This document shows positions 42,468-52,200 of a stretch of 64,000 nt of DNA, one piece after another (positions within the stretch are counted from its first letter, which is position 1; the number at the start of each line of letters is the position of its first letter). A program made the position numbers and the translations under genes. The stretch lies in NCBI GenBank assembly GCA_012295275.1, contig CM022679.1, positions 20,336,001 to 20,400,000 of the forward strand, given 5' to 3'. The notes under the pieces were generated by a model. The model had not been told where the DNA came from and did not search any database. It was given only the letters and a program-made list of their open reading frames with translations. The DNA comes from Chrysomallon squamiferum (Eukaryota > Animalia > Mollusca).

Positions 42468-44334
42468 CACTGTAACGTTAGCATAATTTTTTACCATTTT
42501 CCTATTTACTTTTTTATGTTCTTTCTTATTTTATTTTATACTAACTTGCATTAGACAGGAGCTCTAAACTAAAAATATATTTAGATATTAATTGCTTGAT
42601 TATGTATATGAAGCAGTTGTAGGAGTAATACTACTAGTAATAGGGTAAGTAGTAGTAGTAGTAGTAGTACTAGTAGTAGATTGCTACTAAGTATACATAT
42701 ACATAATTATACAGTGTTATTCCCGCTCCTGTTTACACAATTTAAACACACCACAACCCAAGCGTGGACTATACAAACATAAAGATAGACAATAATTATC
42801 ATTAAACTAATATTACGAATAGTGATTCAATACCATTTTGCGGAACAGTGTCTTTTGTCGGAGACGTTACTAAATATAAAAATTAATATTAGTTTCACAG
42901 CCGAAACCTTTCTTTTTTTCTTCTTCCTTTTTTTTTTTTTTTTTCTCCACAAAGCTTTTGGTATTAGAAAAGGAACTGACACTTTTGTTTTGAAATAAAG
43001 TATCGTAGTTCATATAAATACGTTCTTTTCAGTTATTGAAGATTTCAGCTCGCGCAAACAATATCCATCTGCTTTCTGGAGAAATATATTAAAAATTTTC
43101 TTTGTAGCAGACGACAAAATGCACTTTGTGTAAAGCGCCATACACAGATGTAAGGCTATTTCAACATCTCGTGTTAATGAAGTTCGTTTTGGAAAGTTGT
43201 TTTTACAAAGAAATCTGAGGTGATAATTTTTTTTAAAGTTATTTATTATCATTCTTTCGAGCTTTCTTTCTGTCTTTCTATTTTTATAGCTTTTATTTCT
43301 ATTTTTACCTCTCCTTTTCATTCATTTTGTTTTCTCTTTATGGCTGATTTTTTAATCTTTTTTATTTTATTTTTTTAATTTTTTTTTTCATTTTGTCTTT
43401 CTACTTAGTAATTTTATTTATTTATTTATTTTTTATTGCTACTGAACTATTTTTTCTTTATCTTCTTATTCTATTGTTTTTGTTTGATTTTTGTCCCCCA
43501 ATTTTCTTGACATCATTCACATTTTTTAGTAGAAAAAGTTACATTAGTGCAATAAGTAGGTATCTGAAAAAAATAATCTTTGAAAATTGCAAATATAACC
43601 ACCTTCTTAAATTACAAAGTAAATACTACCTGCAAACTGTTTTTAATATTTGTTATTATTGTTGTTATTGTTGTTGTTAATACGATCGTATAATAGAAAA
43701 AATAAAATTAATAAATATATAAGAAATTCTTTATTTATATCGTTTGCATGTTAAAATATATGGATATGTATGCATATATGTGTGTGCGAAACTGTTTTTG
43801 GTTGTTCTTCGTGCCTATACAATAAAATAAAACACATTTCAAAAATTTGAAAATTAATGTTCGGGTACAAGATACGTAATAATCACAAGAATGATAAAAA
43901 CGAGAGAGATATATCATATTAAATATAAACGTTTCTGAAGTAATATATTATTACATAAATTACATTATGTATGCTAGTTCCGTACATGAGAAATACTTAA
44001 TTCTGACCGGCAACGAATTTATGCCACAAACGGTTGAATAGTACAGTAATTATTAAATAGTCGCGTTCGCTGTAACAGCGTAGTAAATATCTACAAGAAA
44101 TTGACGCGCCATGAAAAAAAAAATTTGACGGCATAAGTTCAAAGGAAACCGTTTTTATTTCGAATCATGAACTGGTGATTTATGAGAATGGTAAGAGTAA
44201 GCAGATGGGCGTGCAGTCAATAGTGTGCTTTAAATTACAGGTACTTTAATACCCCCCCCACCTCAAAACCAGTATGAATTACACATATTATCAAAACAGG
44301 TTGTTACGATTTTTAAAAACTAATGTTTTATTGT

Positions 44335-45200
44335 TATTAAGAACTATGTGCTAAATAGGAATTATCTGTTAAATTCTGTGCAACTACAGCCTGTATAAAG
44401 GATGGTCTATAATATGACGATTTATTAAATACTGTGCTTTATAATTAAGATATATAATATTTATTTAATAATGGGCTAGTATATCTATCAAAAATTGGAT
44501 AAGTAGGATACATTAAATACTGTGCTAGAGTAATCTATTAAAAATTATGCAGGTACGATCTATTAAATAATGTTCTAGTATATCTATCAAAAACTATGTA
44601 AGTAGGATCTATTAAATAATGTTCTAGTATATCTATCAAAAACTATGTAAGTAGGATCTATTAAATACAGTGCTAGGGTAATCTATTAAAAACTATCAAA
44701 AACAGTAGGATCTATTAAATACAGTGCTAGGGTAATCTATTAAAAACTATCTACAGTAGGGTCTGTTAAATAATGTGCTAGTATAATCTATTAAAAACTA
44801 TTTAAGTAGCATCTATTAAATGTTTTAAAATTTATAAAAAAAATATACAAGTACGATCTTTTAAATACTAAACAGGTATAATCTATTAAATTCTGCATAA
44901 TCCTTTATAACAATAGTTTATTAAATACTGTACAAGTATGATCTATTAAATACTGTGATGGTATAATCTATTAAACACTATTTAATACTGTATAGCGACA
45001 GTTTATTAAATGCTATATAAGTATCATATATTAAATACTATACAAGTACGATCAATCAAATATATGTATGATGTATAAAATACTATATAAGTATCATTTG
45101 ATATTATATATATATATGTATTTGTATATAATGTGTGTGTGTAAATTGAATAATCTATAGGATGCTTTACAAATGTCGTCTATTAAATACTACAAGTATG
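44335..45200. repeat. Degenerate minisatellite, ~24-25-bp monomers forming a ~49-bp dimer in its core
   Basis: ATCTATTAAA core recurs about every 24 bp. ATCTATCAAAAACTATGTAAGTAGG alternates with ATCTATTAAATAATGTTCTAGTAT at 44530-44820. Confidence 0.85.
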
Positions 45201-45211
45201 AATTGTTAAAT

Positions 45212-45213
<2 letters not shown>

Positions 45214-45276
<63 letters not shown>
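45214..45276. repeat. (CT)n microsatellite
   Basis: Direct reading. Confidence 0.97.
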
Positions 45277-45280
<4 letters not shown>

Positions 45281-47427
45281 CTGTCAAATCGTATAACGAA
45301 TCTGCCATTTCAAAATTCTGACTTTTATGGAATGATAATACAAAAGTTGAAATTTTCAAAGGTATTCATTCATTGCTTCGAATCAGGTTTTATAGCACAT
45401 TATCATGAACATACCATAGATTAACTTGCTCTGTTTTCTCATTCCTCTTTCTTTTCTTTTATAAACTGTTTCATCTTCTCGTTATTTATTTACTTTCCTA
45501 ATTGTAATTCTGTTTTAAGTAGAAGAATATCTTACATATCGAAGACATTAACTGTATCTTATTTACAATAAATCTGTTAAAAGTAAATAATAAATTAAAA
45601 TATAATAAAATAATAAAACAAAATAAAATAAAATAATAACACAAAATAAAATAAACTAATAAAATAAACAATAAAAATAACAATAACAAAGATAATAATC
45701 AAAACAACAATAACAAATATAGTAATAATAATTTCATTAAGAGATTTTGAGAAAAAAACAAAAAAAATTCCTGACTATGGTTGTACTAGAGTTTACTTTG
45801 CCCTGTACATGTACCATGTCGTTGTTACAAGTCCGTTGACTGATGCCTGACGTTGATAATGCGACAGCAGCGTAGAATGCTAATAACGACAAAGTTCAAA
45901 TACAGTATTTACGCGTGCCAGCAATTCCACACCAGCGAAAATTACATGCAACTTTATATAGTCTACAGAGCTTTTTTCTTTATTCTGTCCTTAGATATAT
46001 CATTGGTTGTGTAACTTTATGCATGCGTTTGCGTGTGTGTATGAATGCATTACATTATATATGTTATATTTATCTATCTAATGTAACTGAGTGCTGTTAA
46101 CGTTTATATGTAATTAGGCTTACGTCTAAAAACGTGCTTAACTCGCTATAGGCAATAAGCGATAAATAAAAACGGATTGATTAATTACATGAATTAATAC
46201 TGAATTAATTAAATATCGATATTTTAACATATATTATACACGTCTGTGTTCATGTATGATCGACATTCACTTGCATATTTAAAAGAACTATATTTAATAT
46301 TTGAAATACTGTAATATATTTTTATATAGATACATATATGATGCTTGTTATCTACTTAGTGAACAAAATAATAATACAGAAGTAAATAAGTAAGACGATC
46401 TTTAAATTATCATTACATTATAGATAGATAATATAACCACCTATATATTTAATGTGTTTATTTCACTATAAAATCCCATTCACAATATCTTTTTAAAAAG
46501 AAAATAATAAAATAAATAAATAAATAATAATAATAAGAAGAAATAAGAAATAAATAAATAAAAAATAAATTAAAAAATAATAATAATATTTATTTCGTTT
46601 TGAAAATATTAAAAATTAATATATTATTATTATAGTTAAAATCTGTGCAACATACATTTATTTATTTACCTAAATAGTTAATATTACAAATGCATTAAAT
46701 TTTATCAATAAAAATTATTAGCAAATTACAGCAAATGATAAAACCAGGAACATTGCTTATGAATAATATTATGAAATATAATAATTACTTTTGAACAATT
46801 ACAAAATGTAATGCACACGCACCTGTGCGTATATATTTGTTTTGTCCATATGGCTATACATTACATTTATATGTCGTACAAATATAAATTAAAAATATAA
46901 TTAAATAAGCGCAAAATGTATTTTTGAAAATAAGTAATAACTAAGTAACTAAATATTTTATTTAGCATTTTGTTTAGTTATTTTAATTAGTACTTTGTTC
47001 TGCAAGCAGTCTGAAAGAGAGCACGCACAGAGTTAAATGATTTATAATTTGAAAATTTGTTTTAAATTATATAAAAAATAATAATAATAATAATTATAAT
47101 ATTAATAATAATCACTATTTTTATCATCATAAACTGATTAAAATGCTAAAAACGGGAAAATATATTTGTGCTTATAACATTTTATTTTTGAAAATAATTT
47201 TTAATCACGTGTCAGTTAATCACAGCTGTTACAAATATTCGGAATTGATAATAAAATTAGGAAAAGAGGTATCAGATATTAAAATACAGGTATATATCGT
47301 CTTTTCATGTAATTTAATTTTAAAACACCTATATATTGAAGAAAGATGTAAAAAAAAAAAAAAAAAAGATTACAAAATGAATAAATAAATATAAAATTAA
47401 TAAATAAATAAATAGATAAATATAAAA

Positions 47428-47462
<35 letters not shown>

Positions 47463-47979
47463 AAATAAATTAATTAATTAATTAATTAAAATAAAAAAAA
47501 AAAAAAAAAAAAAAGACCGACTAGAATTAGATGAACTGTCAAATTAATAACACACATGTCGAACCAGATATTTATTGGCAATTTTATCGAATAAATGATA
47601 ATTCCTAATTTCAGATTTTACTTTGAAGTTGGTGATTGGCATTAAACATTATTGATCAAGTACTAACCAACTCGAGGTAACCGCTTCGCGCAATCTGAAT
47701 AGATTTTCCACGTGACAACAACACAGCGCTAGGGTCGGCAACGTAAACCCAATAAAACTCCATTTAGTAATGATCCAAATGAAAATTAAAAATTCTGATA
47801 ATCTCATTCTTCTTCGCTAGGCGAGCAGCCGACGCAGACGCAATATTGGTCATTCAACCTGACCACACTAATAGGTCCCTAATATCCACTCTTCGTACTT
47901 AATGTTTTAAAAATTAGTTTAGTAATGATTTTCTATGATGAATTTTTCTGATAAGCATTTTTGCAAAACACGTTATCCG

Positions 47980-47994
47980 TCGCTAGATGGCGGC
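47980..47994 (+). promoter_or_regulatory. CTCF-like motif
   Basis: TCGCTAGATGGCGGC closely matches the invertebrate CTCF core (CCGCTAGATGGCGC). Confidence 0.5.
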
Positions 47995-48251
47995 AGCTAC
48001 AAAGGAAATAGAGTGTAAACAAATCTTGTCTCATTGCCCAGGCGCCACCACCATATAAGGTATCACAAAGGCGTTCCTAAACATCAAAGGAAATCGAAGG
48101 AAGCCGCCGAGTACTGTAACTCTCTTCATTTTATCGTTTTGTTTGAGCCGAGGAGTTACAAAATAAATTAATATTTATATGCATTCAAACTAAAATTTTT
48201 AATAAAACTAGTTCTCTACTATTACGTTATAATTTTTTATCGACGGAAAAA

Positions 48252-48261
48252 GGGAAATTCC
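48252..48261 (+). promoter_or_regulatory. NF-kB/Rel site
   Basis: GGGAAATTCC is an exact fit to GGGRNWYYCC, inside the promoter-proximal island. Confidence 0.45.
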
Positions 48262-48799
48262 ACCCGTAACGCCTCTTGACCTTTCAAAGCACACGACTGA
48301 CTACTAGATGGTTGAGATTGTAGATAGGCGGCAAAGATCAAAGGGATCTCTCTGAAAACATCTAATTCAGACGCATAGCAAGAATGTTCTGGGCGACATT
48401 ATTGAGTCCAAGTCGTAGCTTTGTTCTTGGCAAACGAGGCGCAAGAGTGTCACAAAGAAAATCACAACTTGATTTCGCTTCTTCATTTACTTATGGCATT
48501 CCGATACTAATACGGTATATATATGCTACGCAGTGAGAATATTTACATTTCACTATTTGTTCGAAAACAACTTTTAATCGATATAATAAGTTTAATTATT
48601 GGCTACATGAACTACTTTTTATTAGACTGCATCATGTGAACAGTTTTGTGGAAGAAGAACGATTCAGCATCCTCTCCGAACCAAAAAAGCGAAAGCCCTT
48701 TGATCTTGGATAATGGGCTACAAACTTTGTACTTCAAAGAGAAGAAGTCGGTGCACAAATGTGTAGTTGCTACAGTCATGCTCTAAGGTCTAGTGTAAC

Positions 48800-48928
48800 A
48801 GTCATTCTGATTGGTTGAGATATTAGAGAAGTTGATTTTGATTGGTCGCTATATTTTCTTTACACGGTCCTTCATGGCGGATTCAAAACGTTAGATGTGT
48901 GTGAAAACGCAGTGAAGAACTTTTGACC
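48800..48928 (+). promoter_or_regulatory. TCF core promoter/5' UTR: two reverse CCAAT boxes, partial YY1-like CATGGCGG, two short uORFs
   Basis: ATTGG at 48810-48814 and 48841-48845 (31 bp apart, typical tandem NF-Y spacing). CATGGCGG at 48873-48880. uORFs at 48874-48894 and 48895-48915. Confidence 0.6.
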
Positions 48929-49072
48929 ATGCCGCATATGAGTTCAGGCGGCGCAGAGGATTTTTACTCAAAAGATGAGGTCAAAGTATATAAAGAAGAA
49001 GGAGATGAGGAGAAAAGATCATCGGAAAACCTGTCGGAGGAAAAGTTGGGTTTAGTCACTGAATCGGAAGAG
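48929..49072 (+). CDS. TCF: TCF/LEF (pangolin/TCF7L2-like) coding exon 1, beta-catenin-binding domain
   Basis: ACCATGC start. Translates MPHMSSGGAEDFYSKDEVKVYKEEGDEEKRSSENLSEEKLGLVTESEE, matching the TCF/LEF CTNNB1-binding signature (DE-x-x-x-F/Y-K-D/E-EG ... L-x-E/D-x-K-x-x-LV-x-ESE). Ends at canonical donor GAG|GTGAGT, phase 0. Confidence 0.95.
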
Positions 49073-49216
49073 GTGAGTTGTGTTGCTTTGACATCTTCCT
49101 TTGATCTTTCTCGAGGTCACTACGGGCGCACTTGTACTGTTTACATCAAAGTATACTGTATAGAAAATCATCAGTTACAACATATAAATCTTACAATAAT
49201 TTATGTTTTATTTCAG

Positions 49217-49289
49217 GGTAAAAATGGCGGCTTGACGGAAAATTACCAGAGAAATGATTCGAAATCCAACAGTGCCCAACCCGAGGACG
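49217..49289 (+). CDS. TCF: TCF/LEF coding exon 2 (GKNGGLTENYQRNDSKSNSAQPED-G)
   Basis: Acceptor TTTTATTTCAG| at 49216 and donor GACG|GTAGGT at 49290. In frame with exon 1; 73 nt, phase 0 to 1. A short second exon after the beta-catenin-binding exon is typical of TCF genes. Confidence 0.85.
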
Positions 49290-52200
49290 GTAGGTTTCAG
49301 TAAATAACGTTTTGCTATATCGTTAAGAAAATAAAAAAATAAGTCAGAAAATGAATAAACTCAAAGCGTTTCCATTGAACATTAGAATTATAATCGCTTG
49401 CTAAGTTTGTTGTGTACAGCAGAATAACAGCGATCATACAATCAACAACCGAACCTCAATATGGAATAGTCTTGCTAGTCCTGTTTTTCCTTTGATCTTG
49501 TCGAAGTATGCACCTATTGTCTGCCCGGCCATTGTTCGGGACATGCATTATAATGGCTCCGTCACATTCCTATATCGCCACAGTCCAGTAATTTTCAGAC
49601 ATGAATAAATATTGTTTCAGAAACCTGGGTCAACAATACATTATTACACTTCATCAATGTATTTATTATTTATTATTACAGAAAACTATAAATTAAAAAT
49701 CCTTAAAACTTAGTCCATCAAAAATTAATTTTAAATAACATTTATCTCTGAATTTAGGTTTAAAAAAAAAAATGGAAACAGATATAAAATGTAAAGTACT
49801 TGTAAAACAATATATTTTCAAGCCAGGGTTTCTGGTGACTTATAAATATGATACAGTTGTTTAAATTCATTTCAGATTCAGAAATCGGTTAAATAATATT
49901 AGCCACTAATATTTTACACTGGATACATTTTTTATGTTTGGCATGTTACATATTGTAAATTTACTGTACTCTGGTTCAGTTCATAGCTGTGTTATCTTTA
50001 TAAAATTACAAGAAAGAATTTTTTTGTTTTTACTGTTATTAAATCCTTTTTCAGAGGAGATTGTTAACTTTAACTTCTAAATGTAAACAAAACTTCCACT
50101 GAAAACCATTATAATAATTATTAACAATTATTGCAGTTTCTCAGAGCTTCTTGTTTATTTTGTTTATTAAAGCTTATAAAAATTGTTACAAAAACTTTCA
50201 TTGTCAAAAGGTATATTCAGTTTACATTTTTCTAAAGCTTAAAAACATTTAGCATTATCTCTTTGTGAATTTGCCATTTTTATCAAACGTTTTCATAAAT
50301 CTTTATACATCTCTTGAAATAGAAAACTATATTTGTCACATTTTATGAATCAAGCATTCCATTATAGATTATCTGAGCTAAGAAAAAAGTAAAACTGAAG
50401 TCTATTTTTAAAGTTTATATACTCAAATTGTTTGGTGAAATATATTCCATGGTTTGAAATTGTTTTATGAAGTACGGTTCTGTCCATAACTATTTGATAA
50501 TGATCTGCTGGTTATTAATTCAAATTTTTTATTTTAACCATTTTTTATATTTATTATTCATTTTTTTTAAAAACAACTGATTCTTAACTACATATTTAAT
50601 TTTTCTGATTGAAATTAATTGATTTAACTAGATAGAAAGTAAAATAATTAAATATCAAAGTATGGGTGATATACAATGAATCACAGAATTTAATTATTTT
50701 TTTTTTTAGATTACAGCAAATTAACAGAGTAGACACTGAATAGAAAAATTGCATAGGATATATAAACTGTTTTACATGGCTAACAAAGTCTCATTTATAC
50801 CAAGACAGTTAGTTATACAAGACATATTTACAGTGATAAGTAATTTTCTACCACCTTGATTTTTAAAACGAGCAAGCATTTTGTTTGTCTCACAAAGTTA
50901 AACGTTTAAGAAAAAAACAAAAACATTTAAAATGATTACTCTGATACTAAAATAAAAAAAATTATATGCATTTTAATTTTTTTTTAATTATAAAACAAAA
51001 CCAAAGCCAGGCATTTAGACATTACTTAGGCTTTATTGGCTTTAATGTCTATTTTTATACCTGGAAGTAGATCATTATAATCTATTTTTCATTTTAAATT
51101 TGAACAAGTGACAAATGACCTCTTATAACAATATACTATTGACATTTACACAACACTGTTTATTAGTCTTAAAAAAGAAATAGACAAAACTGTTTTCAAG
51201 ACGTCGAGGAGTGACGAATACCTACAACAGTTGCCTGTCGCAGGACTTGAGATATCTGTAAATATGATCATTATAGTGAGTCTTTTATTTTAACTAGTTA
51301 CTCTAGTGATCTCATTCCTCTTGTGCTGCATGGCTAGTTTTCACTTGACAATAAAGACATTATTTGAAGTCTTTTTTTCCTTTGATCTCACTTCCTAGGG
51401 CAGGCAGAAAAGAGGACTGGGCAGCGAATGCCAGTTTTTGCTGCTTTTGCAGGTCTAATGTTAATGGTATCCTGGTAAGAAATAAGCCACAAACAGAGTC
51501 ATTATACATTCGAGGAAACTATTTATAACCATTTAAAGAATGATTAGCTTTAGGAGATGAAAACACATGTAATAAATTTATGTGGAGCTGTTAAAAATAC
51601 TTTTACTCTTTGATATAGGGCATTTGTGGTGGTCAGTGAAAATACATTAGCTGTTGTTTCTGAAAGAGATATAAAGTTAATAAAACTTTGTGAGGACAGT
51701 TACTGTTTCATGGTTTGTTACCATGGTTAGTCTGACAGGCTGTTATTTAAAGCAGAACTATTTTTATTATTATTACTATATTAGTGGAAACTATATTACT
51801 ATATTAATTGAGGCTTGAAAGAATGGATTTAAGTCATGTTGCATGAATAACTATGTATTTAAGTCAGACTGATTACTTGTGTGCATCTATATATTTGGTG
51901 TGAATGCATGTAATTCATTTATTTTTGTTATTTTATATTATTACAACTAAGACAGATTAATTACAAATTTAATTTTTAATTTATCTAAAACACAAATTAA
52001 TTATCCAAACTCACTGATTTCTACGTAAATTCATCTCTGTGTATATTCAGCTTGCTGTTGTTTGTTCTGCTTTTGGAGATTTAGTTAAATAAGATTTAAA
52101 CATTTTTTTTTTCTTCCTCCAAATGCTTGTAAATCTATGTCATATAAAGGTGCACACATCTAGGTGTATCACTTACAGAATAATCGCATTGCACTGAGCA

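Larger units (their letters stand above)
47980..49540. promoter_or_regulatory. Cluster of TCF/LEF (HMG) binding sites with Helper sites around the TCF TSS
   Basis: HMG sites: ACATCAAAGG 48081-48090, TTCAAAG 48283-48289, AGATCAAAGGG 48335-48345, CCCTTTGATCT 48696-48706, CTTCAAAG 48732-48739, CCTTTGATCT 49098-49107, ACATCAAAG 49143-49151, CCTTTGATCT 49489-49498. Helper-type motifs: TGGCGGCAGC 47988-47997, GCCGCCG 48103-48109, GGCGGC 48327-48332. Confidence 0.8.

Noticed and set aside
14188-45689. Numerous 60-160-aa ORFs rich in I/Y/F/L, SLSL, ERER, MYVC, HTHT or poly-K
   Set aside because: These are translations of microsatellites and AT-rich low-complexity DNA.
48923-49303. 126-aa ORF as a single-exon protein starting at TTG
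   Set aside because: The real start is ATG 48929, and canonical splice sites define a 144-nt intron. Read-through is kept only as a hypothetical isoform.
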